64,000 nt of DNA from a virus. Its lineage: Duplodnaviria; Caudoviricetes. Positions 1 through 8,640 of the stretch are shown piece after piece. The first letter of the stretch is position 1, and each line of letters begins with the position of its first letter. The notes under the pieces are model-generated. The model was not told the origin of the DNA. It searched no databases and saw nothing but the letters and a program-made list of their open reading frames with translations. The translations under genes were made by a program, and so were the position numbers. The stretch covers positions 1 through 64,000 of IMG/VR virus record IMGVR_UViG_3300037067_007581, one strand, 5' to 3'.

Positions 1-71
1 CGAAGACAAATTAATCTTAATTACAGAAAATGGTATAACTATTCAAGCAAAGAAAGCTGATTTTACTAATT

Positions 72-566
72 ATGACCATTATAAGAAATCCGTTGAAAAT
101 AATCGCTGTAGACCCCGGTTTAAGTAAGACTGGCATAGTTATCCTATTAGGGCAGAAACTCCTCTATAAGGAGCTTATAACGCTAAATAAGGATGAATGG
201 GGACGACTTAGACAAATACATGAAAGAATACGGAAGATTACCGAGCAATTTCAACCAGATTACCTGGCTATTGAAAATCAGTACTTAGGTTTTAATGCGG
301 GAGTGGCCATTAAACTTTCAGCATTACGAGGTATAATAATGGGAGCATATTGGGGTTATAATATAAAAGGTGAAATAGTTTTAGTCAGCCCACTGGAAGC
401 TAAATCTGCTATGGGGGTAAACACTAAATTGAAAAGAGACGAAAGCAAGTTAGCAGTAAGAAAAATGGTAGAATTGATGTATCCGGAATTAAAGGGTGAA
501 GAAGAAGATATTATTGACGCTATAAGTATTGCTTTAGGGGGTTTTAATAAAATATTTTTAGAATAA
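72..566 (+). CDS. ruvC: RuvC-like Holliday junction resolvase
   Basis: N-terminal IIAVDPGLSKTG, LAIENQ and C-terminal DIIDAISIA match the acidic catalytic motifs of RuvC; size 164 aa is typical. Confidence 0.8.
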   Translation: MTIIRNPLKIIAVDPGLSKTGIVILLGQKLLYKELITLNKDEWGRLRQIHERIRKITEQFQPDYLAIENQYLGFNAGVAIKLSALRGIIMGAYWGYNIKGEIVLVSPLEAKSAMGVNTKLKRDESKLAVRKMVELMYPELKGEEEDIIDAISIALGGFNKIFLE

Positions 567-597
567 ATTAATGCTTCGCCGTTAATTTTAAAAAGGT

Positions 598-867
598 ATG
601 AACAATTTATTTATTACACATCACGCCAAGAAGCGTTTGTTTGAAAGATTTCCTTACATGATAACGGAAAAGAATTATAGGAATCATGTAGAAATGGCCT
701 ATAATAGCCGAGAACAATTATCCCCAGCCAGACTAAATAAATATTTAGATGAAAGAAATTGGGGTAAGAGGATATTTTTTAAACAATATAGAAAAAAGGT
801 CTTTGTTTTTGCAGAGCAGGGTTCAATAGCACAAACTAAAATAATTTTAGTTACTGTTTATAATTAG
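598..867 (+). CDS. Hypothetical protein (ITxHAxxR motif, possibly RelE/DUF4258-like fold)
   Basis: ORF track; basic 89-aa protein with FITHHAKKRLFER. Confidence 0.4.
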   Translation: MNNLFITHHAKKRLFERFPYMITEKNYRNHVEMAYNSREQLSPARLNKYLDERNWGKRIFFKQYRKKVFVFAEQGSIAQTKIILVTVYN

Positions 868-876
868 TATTTTCTT

Positions 877-922
877 TTATCCACAATAAAAACTTGACAA
901 AGTCTAAAAAGTATCTTATAAT
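877..922 (+). promoter_or_regulatory. Sigma70-type promoter with upstream DnaA box
   Basis: TTATCCACA 877-885, TTGACA 894-899, 17-nt spacer, TATAAT 917-922. Confidence 0.85.
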
Positions 923-949
923 ACAATTATAATAACTTATATTAATTCT

Positions 950-1384
950 ATGAGGAAAGGGGTAGTAATAATATTATTTTTTTTATTTCTTTTATTGGGC
1001 GCTTGGGACATTTATAGGCATAAATTAAAAGAAAATGAACATTTTAATATTAAGCAGGAAGAAGTCAAAATTACTATTGAAGATTTTAAGCTAGAAAAGC
1101 CTAAAGATTTGGTGGATATTATTTTAGAATCCGCGGATAAGTATAGTATCAGTAGGGTGTTACTTCATAGAATAGCAATTTGTGAAAGCCAAATGAATCC
1201 AAATGCTATTGGTAGGATAAATGAAGCAGATAGAGGACTTTTTCAGTTAAATAGTTATTATACAAAAGTTTCCAATGAATGTGCTTTTGACCCAAAGTGT
1301 AGTTCTGAGTGGACAGCTAAAGCAATTTCAGAAGGAGAACTTTGGAGATGGAATTCTTCAAAGAGTTGCTGGAACAATTTTTAA
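950..1384 (+). CDS. Membrane-anchored lytic transglycosylase (SLT-like)
   Basis: N-terminal hydrophobic helix; IAICESQMNPNA (catalytic ES motif) and DRGLFQLN. Confidence 0.8.
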   Translation: MRKGVVIILFFLFLLLGAWDIYRHKLKENEHFNIKQEEVKITIEDFKLEKPKDLVDIILESADKYSISRVLLHRIAICESQMNPNAIGRINEADRGLFQLNSYYTKVSNECAFDPKCSSEWTAKAISEGELWRWNSSKSCWNNF

Positions 1385-1553
1385 TTTATTATATGAATAA
1401 GACAAGGTTAAAACAATTAAGGAAGAGATTCTATTCAGAGTTTTTTAGAAATCCCACAAAGAGTGAATTTAGGGTTTATAAAAAGAATTTTATAATTCAA
1501 AAATCACATGGGATTTTACATAAGGATATAGACTAATTATTAATTTTAAAAAT

Positions 1554-1823
1554 ATGAAAACACTAAAAGAATTTTATGACAATTACCTGGACAAAGAGGG
1601 GTATTTAAATATCTCGGTAGTTAACTTTGAGGCTGAACTGACTGAATTATTAAACAGCCTTGTGCCTGAGGAAGAAGAATTACCAGTAAGCGATTGCTCT
1701 TGTAAAAATTTTGACAGGTGTTATAAATGTTCGGGTCTACAAAAAGAGAGGAATGAAATAGCTATAAAAAATAAATGGAAGCGTGAAATTAAGTCTAAAA
1801 TCAGTAGTCTAATTAATAATTAA
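1554..1823 (+). CDS. Hypothetical protein with Cys cluster
   Basis: ORF track; CSCKNFDRCYKC. Confidence 0.5.
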   Translation: MKTLKEFYDNYLDKEGYLNISVVNFEAELTELLNSLVPEEEELPVSDCSCKNFDRCYKCSGLQKERNEIAIKNKWKREIKSKISSLINN

Positions 1824-1828
1824 ATATT

Positions 1829-2077
1829 ATGGGAGAAACAACAACACTAAGTATTATTAGTCAAGAGCAAATTCACGAATTTAGGAAAACAATTTCTGCG
1901 GCGATTAGAACGGCAAGGGGATTTAGTAATGGTTATTTTAAAGAAGTTGGAAGCACTCGCGGAAAAAGAGAAATTGCTCTTGTTATCACTAAACTTCAAG
2001 AAGCAAAAATGTGGTGCGGTAAAGTCTTAGAAGAAATCGGAGAACAATTACCAGAAGAATTTAGAGATGATGTTTAA
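1829..2077 (+). CDS. Acb2/Tad1-like small helical protein (possible cyclic-nucleotide sponge)
   Basis: KREIALVITKLQEAKMW resembles the RExA/SLAxTxLEEAxMW hairpin motif of the Tad1/Acb2-related family. Confidence 0.45.
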   Translation: MGETTTLSIISQEQIHEFRKTISAAIRTARGFSNGYFKEVGSTRGKREIALVITKLQEAKMWCGKVLEEIGEQLPEEFRDDV

Positions 2078-2124
2078 AATAGTTTACTGACAGACTCCCT
2101 TCGGGGAGTAGTGAGTAAATTATT
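2078..2124 (+). other. Intergenic hairpin with UUCG tetraloop
   Basis: ACTCCC-TTCG-GGGAGT (2094-2109), enclosed by AATAGTTTACT/AGTAAATTATT. Confidence 0.75.
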
Positions 2125-2137
2125 GTATTTATTCTGA

Positions 2138-2207
2138 GTGGGCAGGGAATCCCTGCGGATGACTAACGGCATCCGCTATGATGACCGTTATACAATTCAT
2201 AGCCCAC
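2138..2207 (+). ncRNA. Putative structured ncRNA: four-way junction with loop-loop pseudoknot
   Basis: P1 GTGGGC/GCCCAC, P2 AGGG/CCCT, P3 GCGGATG/CATCCGC and P4 TATGA/TCATA abut with no unpaired linkers; loop TAACGG (2164-2169) is complementary to loop CCGTTA (2185-2190). Confidence 0.65.
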
Positions 2208-2250
2208 GTAGTATGAATATAATTAGTGAGTAAATTATTAACTTGAATAT

Positions 2251-2466
2251 ATGAAATTTGATGAATGGTTTATAAGAGGATGGGGCTTAAATAAAACCAT
2301 TAAAAAGATTGAAAAATTGAAGCAGTTAGTTAAAAACAAAGCAGAGCATAACAAAGAACAACGGATTATTTATTCTATGAGAATGGAACTTTATCAGATA
2401 ATTAAGCACCAAAAACTTTTAATGAGACAAGTATTTGAGATTGAGAAGTTGTTTAATAAAAAATAA
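2251..2466 (+). CDS. Hypothetical protein
   Basis: ORF track, AT-rich start context. Confidence 0.5.
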   Translation: MKFDEWFIRGWGLNKTIKKIEKLKQLVKNKAEHNKEQRIIYSMRMELYQIIKHQKLLMRQVFEIEKLFNKK

Positions 2467-2473
2467 TTCTTAA

Positions 2474-2650
2474 CTCTCTCATTGGCAGGATGTGGCGGAA
2501 TAAGACGCTACAAGTAGATTGGCTAAAAACAAAAATTGGCTTTAAGCTCTTGAGGCTCCAACAGGTTGTAAAATTTTACACCGCCCCATATAGGGTGTTG
2601 CCATTTAATCGTATAGACTGAAATTGTCTATCTTCCTGCCAAGTAGAGAG
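2474..2650 (+). ncRNA. Putative tRNA-like structured ncRNA
   Basis: Terminal stem CTCTCT/AGAGAG plus TTGGCAGGA/TCCTGCCAA; D-arm-like TGTGGCG-GAATAAGA-CGCTACA; T-arm-like ATAGAC-TGAAATT-GTCTAT; about 100 nt inserted between the arms. Confidence 0.55.
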
Positions 2651-2670
2651 CTAATAATTAAATATGTTTT

Positions 2671-3000
2671 ATGGATAAGAGAATTTTAAAATTTAGGGCG
2701 TGGAGTAAAAAACTTAAAAGAATGTGGAGCTGGGAAGAGTTAAGAAATTTACCACTATCAGACCTTGAGAGAGATGATTTAGATTGGCTTCAATACAGTG
2801 ATTACGAAGATAAAGAAGGCAAAGAAATTTACGAAGGGGATTTGTTAAAATATCCAAATACTAAAATGGTGTTTGAGGTCATATGGAGAAGAGGAACCTT
2901 TTGTTATCAAGTGTCAGATGGAGTGTTTCAGATTTTTGACCAAACTCAATGCGAAGTTATCGGCAATATTTACGAAAACCCAGACTTACTCACTAAATAA
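2671..3000 (+). CDS. YopX family protein
   Basis: LKFRAW, QYSDYEDKEGKEIYEGD and EVIGNIYENPDLL signature. Confidence 0.9.
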   Translation: MDKRILKFRAWSKKLKRMWSWEELRNLPLSDLERDDLDWLQYSDYEDKEGKEIYEGDLLKYPNTKMVFEVIWRRGTFCYQVSDGVFQIFDQTQCEVIGNIYENPDLLTK

Positions 3001-3005
3001 AAAAT

Positions 3006-3158
3006 ATGGACTCAACTAAGATGTCAGACAAAAAATTGTTAGCAATACATGAAGCATTGTATGGATATTTACTGCTAATAATAAAGAAGAGAGATATTGA
3101 TAAATTAAATGACTTGCTTGAAGTAGAACGTGAATTAACATTAAGAGAAAATTTATAA
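3006..3158 (+). CDS. Small hypothetical protein (not in ORF track)
   Basis: Manually translated: MDSTKMSDKKLLAIHEALYGYLLLIIKKRDIDKLNDLLEVERELTLRENL. Confidence 0.45.
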   Translation: MDSTKMSDKKLLAIHEALYGYLLLIIKKRDIDKLNDLLEVERELTLRENL

Positions 3159-3449
3159 ATAAAAAATATGACCGAGAAAGAAGTAGAATGTAGTCATAAT
3201 TGGTTTGACGATAATTTTAAAGGTTTTACTTATTGTGATAAATGTGGAATAAGTTATAACGACTATATCCACGAAAAAGAAAGGCAAGAATTACTTAACC
3301 AAAAATAATATGACAAGTTTTTGTGATGTTGAAAGTGCTTTATATAATGACTTCGGTATTATTAGATGTCAATATTGTAGCGGACAAGTATCACTTAAGA
3401 GAGAACTGGAATATAAAGATACGAGTTTAATTATTAATATAAACAAAGT

Positions 3450-3599
3450 ATGCCAGAAGAAGAATTAAATCCAGAGGAAGAAACTGCGTCTCCAGAAAGT
3501 GTTGAGGAACAAGAAGCGTTACCGGAAGACGAGGAAGGTTCTGATAGTGGTCTCGAAGACACAGAAGAAGAGGAAGAAGAAGATTTGGACGAAGAATAG
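3450..3599 (+). CDS. Extremely acidic 49-aa peptide (not in ORF track)
   Basis: MPEEELNPEEETASPESVEEQEALPEDEEGSDSGLEDTEEEEEEDLDEE; 27 of 49 residues are D/E and there is no K/R. Confidence 0.65.
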   Translation: MPEEELNPEEETASPESVEEQEALPEDEEGSDSGLEDTEEEEEEDLDEE

Positions 3600-3722
3600 A
3601 AATTAATGGGCGGGCTGGAAGGTTTTTATTTCTTTGAGCCTCATAAACGCCCGTGGAGTAACCAGTCTAAACTCCACAGTAACAACAATTATTTATATAT
3701 TAATTTATTAAGGAAACAACCT

Positions 3723-4658
3723 ATGAGTTATTTTCTTGACGATAATGGCAATTTAAAGCCTAAATTAGTCATTTACGCTATTATTGGGTTATTTATTACA
3801 CTAATAGTCATAGCAAATTTGCCCTTTAAGGTCGTAGGGGCAACAGAGAGAGGTTTAGTATTTAATATGGGAGCTATTCAGGATAAGGTTTTAAGTCAGG
3901 GTTTTAATTTCCGAATACCTTTTTACCAGCAAATTAAGGTTATTACTATTCAGCCTATTCAGTTAGACCATAAAGTTGAGGTAGGACGAGACGCGGCTAT
4001 CACTAAAGATAATCAATCAATCGGTGCAGATTTAACTATTTTTTATAAATATAATCAAAATGATTTAGTTAGAATGTATAAAGATTATGGTGTTGATAAT
4101 TTAAAAAGTATTATTTTATCCACATTAAGAGAGAGTTTTAAAGGTACTATTGGCGAATATGATATCTTTACTTTGCCTACTATTCAGGATGAAATCCGTG
4201 GTAAAGTTTTAGTAAAGATTAGGGAAAAGATGTCTTCTTATCCTATTGAAATTACGGAATTAAAAATAGTCAATTATGATTGGTCAGATGAATTTGATAA
4301 GCAAATTCAACAGACAATGGAACGGGCACAGCAGGTAAAACAAAAAGAGCAAGAGCTTTTAATTGCAGAGCAGGAAGCACAGAAGAAAGTTAAACAGGCA
4401 ACTGCGGATAAGGAAGCGATGATTACAATAGCTGAAGGACAAAAAGAAGCCGCAGCTTTAAATGCAGATGCTAAAGCATTAGAGGGTGAGGGTATTAAGA
4501 AATATAATGTTTCTGTTCAAGCTAATATGGAACTTGAGATAAGGTTAAGGCAGTTAGAAATTGAGAAGGCAAGAGTTGATAAATGGGACGGCCATTATGT
4601 TTCTACTAATAATTATTCGCCTATTCCTATTAGTAATAGTGCTTTATTAGGTCAATAA
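3723..4658 (+). CDS. SPFH/Band 7/prohibitin family membrane protein
   Basis: TM helix, then VVGATERGLVFNMG, GFNFRIPFYQQI and a C-terminal coiled coil. ATG 3723 follows AAGGA; the ORF-track start at 3606 lies in a structured leader. Confidence 0.9.
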   Translation: MSYFLDDNGNLKPKLVIYAIIGLFITLIVIANLPFKVVGATERGLVFNMGAIQDKVLSQGFNFRIPFYQQIKVITIQPIQLDHKVEVGRDAAITKDNQSIGADLTIFYKYNQNDLVRMYKDYGVDNLKSIILSTLRESFKGTIGEYDIFTLPTIQDEIRGKVLVKIREKMSSYPIEITELKIVNYDWSDEFDKQIQQTMERAQQVKQKEQELLIAEQEAQKKVKQATADKEAMITIAEGQKEAAALNADAKALEGEGIKKYNVSVQANMELEIRLRQLEIEKARVDKWDGHYVSTNNYSPIPISNSALLGQ

Positions 4659-4670
4659 TAAATATTTTAT

Positions 4671-5087
4671 ATGTCTAACTTTAATATTGGAGATGTCGTT
4701 AAATTTACTTCTTCTCAACATAAAGATGGTGGTTACTTTAAAAATGATATAAAAGCCACTATTCAGAATAGGGAAATGGGTATTGATGGGTCAATTTTTT
4801 ATAGAGTTTCCATAGATAATTTTTGTGGAGCTAAGGATGTGTGGGAAGAAAATTTAGAGTTAATAATTAATAAAAATACTATGTCAAATATTGTAGAATT
4901 TTTCAAAAATATTTCGGCGTCAAAAGAAGACAAACTTTTAAAAGAGATGGGGATTGAAGACCCAATCAATGTTCCAACAGAAGAGGGATTAAAACTTTCA
5001 GGAATGATTGACTACAAAAAGAACCGGGATGATATTATCAAGATTTGCCAGCAGAAAAAAGCAGAAGAAGAGGTTAAAAAAGAATAA
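4671..5087 (+). CDS. Hypothetical protein (N-terminal KOW/SH3-like FNIGDVV)
   Basis: ORF track. Confidence 0.5.
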   Translation: MSNFNIGDVVKFTSSQHKDGGYFKNDIKATIQNREMGIDGSIFYRVSIDNFCGAKDVWEENLELIINKNTMSNIVEFFKNISASKEDKLLKEMGIEDPINVPTEEGLKLSGMIDYKKNRDDIIKICQQKKAEEEVKKE

Positions 5088-5138
5088 GTTTATTGTTTTA
5101 CCACCTAATTAGTTTTGGGTGGTATCTATAATAAAATT

Positions 5139-5426
5139 ATGCAAAAAGAAATATTACATGGGAAAATAAATTTATATTCACAAAAGAAGCATTATGAATT
5201 AGTGTTTTCTTTTCCTAGAAAAAATAAAAAGCATATCGTAAAATGTCTTTCGGAAAATGTATATTCAGCAATGACAATAGCCGTAGAATTACTTATAAAG
5301 AAACATCCAGAGTGGTCTAATAAAAGGATGTGCGTATTTGTTCAGAGCGTAACTCCTCTAAACTTTATAAGGAATAATGAAGATAAACAAGGTTTAAATA
5401 TAAAGAATGTTTATTATGAAGACTAA
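5139..5426 (+). CDS. Hypothetical protein
   Basis: ORF track; ATG 5139 preferred because the TTG at 5115 lies in a 10-bp hairpin (5099-5124). Confidence 0.45.
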   Translation: MQKEILHGKINLYSQKKHYELVFSFPRKNKKHIVKCLSENVYSAMTIAVELLIKKHPEWSNKRMCVFVQSVTPLNFIRNNEDKQGLNIKNVYYED

Positions 5427-5646
5427 TAATTTAGAACATTATTTTATTAATCCAGGTATTTATAAAGAAGCTCTTGTAGGGCAGGTTGCTTGTGTTAAAT
5501 GTGGCTTGAATTTCAGATATTTAAACATAGAACCTTTCTGTAAAGAAAAAGGTTCTTATAAAAATTTACTAACAGGGACTTTTATTAGGAATAATTATCG
5601 AAAATCGTTACTATTACTAGAAAACGTTATTACATATAAGAAATAA
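5407..5646 (+). CDS. Hypothetical protein
   Basis: ORF track; CVKC motif. Confidence 0.4.
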   Translation: MFIMKTNNLEHYFINPGIYKEALVGQVACVKCGLNFRYLNIEPFCKEKGSYKNLLTGTFIRNNYRKSLLLLENVITYKK

Positions 5647-5648
5647 CT

Positions 5649-7388
5649 ATGGATAAAATAGAACTTAGACCCTATCAAAAAGATAGCCTTAATGCCGTTG
5701 TTAAAAAAGTTCAAGAGGGTAAAAATAAGTTAGTTATTGTTATGGCAACAGGTTTAGGAAAAACTTGCGTATTTTCTACTTTAGCTACTACTATTTCAAC
5801 TAAATTAGGGGGTAAAACTCTTATTATTGCTCATAGAGAGGAACTTCTTGACCAAGCTAAAGATAAAATTTTAAGAATTGCCCCAGAATTAAAAGTAGAA
5901 ATAGAACAGGGTGAGAGAAGTGTTTTGGAAAGAAATTATGATGTTATTATTGCTTCTGTTCAGACTTTAGGTAGAAGTGGTACAAAAAGAATAAAAAAAT
6001 TTAATCCGAATGAATTCTCTTTTATTTGTATAGACGAATGTCATCACTGTGCCAGTGAGAGTTATAAACGTATTCTAGAATATTTTGGTGTTTTAAAGGG
6101 AAAGGAATTCGGCAAAGGCAAAATATTATTAGGCGTTACGGCAACACCTTCTAGAGCCGACCATATAGGGTTAGACACCATTTTTGATGAGATAGCATAT
6201 AGTTATTGTTTGAAAGACGGAATTAAGGATGGTTATCTAGCAAATATAAAAGCTTTTACGGTATTTACTAAGGAAGACCTTTCAGGAGTTGGTACTAGAA
6301 TGGGTGACTTTATTGAGAGCGAATTAGCAGACGCGGTTGATACAGAAGAACGAAATAGATTAGTAGTTGAAACATATTTAGAAAAAGTACCTAATACAAA
6401 AGCATTAGTATTTGCCTCGAGCGTAGAACACGTTTTGAATTTAACAGAGATGTTTCAGAAAGCAGGTATTAAAGCTGAATATGTAGTAGGTGAGACGTCA
6501 ACAGAAAAAAGAAAGAAAATCTTAGAAGATTTTAAACAAGGGAAAATAAAAGTTTTAGTTAATGTGGGCTGTTTTACGGAAGGTTACGATGAACCTACTA
6601 TTGAAACAATAATGATGGCAAGACCAACTAAAAGTTCTGTTTTGTATCAGCAAATGGTTGGGCGTGGTAGTCGTAGAACAGAAACAAAAGAATATTTTAA
6701 TTTAGTGGATTTTGTGGACAATACAGGAAAGAACAAAATAGTCACTCTGCCAACCTTATTCGGAGTACCAAAGACTTTAAAAGGCAACGGCAAGATGATA
6801 ACAGAACTTTATGAGAAGGCTGAAAAAATATTAGAACAGCGACCTAATTATGATGTAGAAAATATTGAAAACTGGGATGATGAGAGTATTGATAAAATTA
6901 TTAAAGAAGTAGATATTTTTGCTCAAGCAGAATTAGCTATGGAAATAAAGGAATATTCTAAAAATAGCTGGGAGAAATTATATAATGGCTATAAATTATC
7001 TATACCAGAAAAAGATGGTAAAAAGTATATTATTAAGATTGCTCAAAATCTTTTGAATCAATGGGAATTAAGTGTAAATACTTTAGGCAAAGATATTCCA
7101 ACTTATCGAAATGGGTTTTCGAAATGGTTTTTAATGGATGAAAAGGTTTTATATTCTACACCAAATTTAGAGGAGGCTTTTCAGAAAGGAGACCAGTATT
7201 TAGGAATATCTTTTTCTGAATATAAGACAATGTTTAATTCTAATGCGGAGTGGCGTAATCAGCCTCCGACAGATAGTCAATTAAGTTTATTAAGACGATT
7301 TGGAGTATTTCCCCCTAAGACAATTTCTAAAGGGCAATGCTCTGTATTAATTTCAAAAATATTGGCGGAAAGAAGGGGTAAATATTAA
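5649..7388 (+). CDS. SF2 DEAD/DEAH-box helicase (Irc3/ResIII-like)
   Basis: LRPYQ, ATGLGKT (Walker A), IDECHH (Walker B), GVTATP, TEGYDEP and QQMVGRGSR motifs. Confidence 0.92.
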   Translation: MDKIELRPYQKDSLNAVVKKVQEGKNKLVIVMATGLGKTCVFSTLATTISTKLGGKTLIIAHREELLDQAKDKILRIAPELKVEIEQGERSVLERNYDVIIASVQTLGRSGTKRIKKFNPNEFSFICIDECHHCASESYKRILEYFGVLKGKEFGKGKILLGVTATPSRADHIGLDTIFDEIAYSYCLKDGIKDGYLANIKAFTVFTKEDLSGVGTRMGDFIESELADAVDTEERNRLVVETYLEKVPNTKALVFASSVEHVLNLTEMFQKAGIKAEYVVGETSTEKRKKILEDFKQGKIKVLVNVGCFTEGYDEPTIETIMMARPTKSSVLYQQMVGRGSRRTETKEYFNLVDFVDNTGKNKIVTLPTLFGVPKTLKGNGKMITELYEKAEKILEQRPNYDVENIENWDDESIDKIIKEVDIFAQAELAMEIKEYSKNSWEKLYNGYKLSIPEKDGKKYIIKIAQNLLNQWELSVNTLGKDIPTYRNGFSKWFLMDEKVLYSTPNLEEAFQKGDQYLGISFSEYKTMFNSNAEWRNQPPTDSQLSLLRRFGVFPPKTISKGQCSVLISKILAERRGKY

Positions 7389-7418
7389 GGCACTTATAAC
7401 GCATTATAAGTTGTTCTT

Positions 7419-7464
7419 TTATCCACAGCAAAAAGTTGACAAAGTTTAAAAAGTAATATATACT
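7419..7464 (+). promoter_or_regulatory. Sigma70-type promoter with upstream DnaA box
   Basis: TTATCCACA 7419-7427, TTGACA 7436-7441, 17-nt spacer, TATACT 7459-7464. Confidence 0.85.
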
Positions 7465-7513
7465 TAAATTATAAATAGTTCATTGACAATTGAAAAGGGA
7501 AGAAAAATATAAT

Positions 7514-7936
7514 ATGAAAATACCAAATTGGGTAAATTTGCTTTTAGAGCAGGTTGCCAAAGAGTATCCTAGAATGATATTACCAAATATAATTTGGCGT
7601 CATTACCATAATAAATACATTCCGTCTAAAGTTGTAGGTCAATATAGTAGGGTAAAAAATTTATCGGAGCAGTCCTCTGGACATTGTAATTATTCAAAAG
7701 GAATTACAATTACGGCAGGTAGGTTGAGAAAAGACCAGAAATTAGTTTTGCTCCACGAGTTAGCCCATTGGATATTACCAGCGGGTGAAAATCATAGTAA
7801 GGATTTTTGGGACTTAGCTTTTGAGATATATCGTAAGTTTAAAGTTCCAATGTACTACGCCTTAAATAGAGAGAAAGATTATCGAAAGGAAGCTGTAATG
7901 GCTTATAGGCGTAATAGAAAAACTATTCCGCACTAA
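7514..7936 (+). CDS. SprT-like zinc metalloprotease
   Basis: LVLLHELAHW followed by ENHSKDFW (HExxH plus distal H). Confidence 0.7.
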   Translation: MKIPNWVNLLLEQVAKEYPRMILPNIIWRHYHNKYIPSKVVGQYSRVKNLSEQSSGHCNYSKGITITAGRLRKDQKLVLLHELAHWILPAGENHSKDFWDLAFEIYRKFKVPMYYALNREKDYRKEAVMAYRRNRKTIPH

Positions 7937-7982
7937 TTCATTAATCCCTTTTCAATCGCCAATTAATTATTAAATAAATCTT

Positions 7983-8207
7983 ATGAACATTCCATCAACT
8001 AAAGATTTAATGCAGACCGAAGAAAAATTACAAACCCCAGAAATCAGAGTTTGGGTTCACCCAGGTTCTGGGGATGACTATTTCAACGTTTTTAAATCTT
8101 TTAAAGATGCGGAGGCGTTTATCAAAAAGAATAAGCACACCGAGTTCGTTCCCTTAATAGCTTTCCGGGGTTACGAATTTAATTTATATGATGAAAGTGT
8201 TAAATAA
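7983..8207 (+). CDS. Hypothetical protein
   Basis: ORF track. Confidence 0.5.
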   Translation: MNIPSTKDLMQTEEKLQTPEIRVWVHPGSGDDYFNVFKSFKDAEAFIKKNKHTEFVPLIAFRGYEFNLYDESVK

Positions 8208-8222
8208 TTAAAATAAAATTTT

Positions 8223-8540
8223 ATGTCAACAGACCAATCAACGGAGACCTTAACGGAGGCGTTAAAAGTCGTTAGAGAGATTAAGGAAATTGAAGAAGGA
8301 CGACTTGCCCAGTTAAAAGGCTTATTAGATAATTACAAGGAAAAAATTAAAAGGGATTTGGTTCAGTCCGGAAACAAAAAGTCCAGTTGCCTTTTAGGGG
8401 AAGTAAAAATAGTTGAGAAAACTACACCAAGTAAATTAAATGAATTGGAAATTGCTAAGCAGTTGGGTGTAGATGACTTATCTGGTTTCAGAATACAAGG
8501 TAAACCTATCAGTTATGTTCAATTTAATTTAGTTAAATAA
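8223..8540 (+). CDS. Hypothetical coiled-coil protein
   Basis: ORF track; amphipathic N-terminal helix. Confidence 0.5.
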   Translation: MSTDQSTETLTEALKVVREIKEIEEGRLAQLKGLLDNYKEKIKRDLVQSGNKKSSCLLGEVKIVEKTTPSKLNELEIAKQLGVDDLSGFRIQGKPISYVQFNLVK

Positions 8541-8640
8541 ACACTCCAGGATAGTATAGTCTATTCCGGGGTATAAAATAGCCACTTAGGCATAAAAACT
8601 TGTCCTAGGGGGCAAATTTTAAGAAATTAAGGTATATTAT

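Noticed and set aside
2474-2650. Canonical tRNA or tmRNA call
   Set aside because: No TTCGA T-loop, no clear anticodon arm, and no tmRNA-type ends or tag frame; kept only as tRNA-like ncRNA.
3606-3722. 39-aa N-terminal extension of the SPFH ORF
   Set aside because: It lies in a hairpin-rich leader; ATG 3723 has an SD-like AAGGA and gives a normal SPFH N-terminus.
7483-7513. Second promoter (TTGACA 7483, TATAAT 7508)
   Set aside because: 19-nt spacer and -10 abutting the ATG; better explained as a boxA-like motif in the leader of the upstream promoter.
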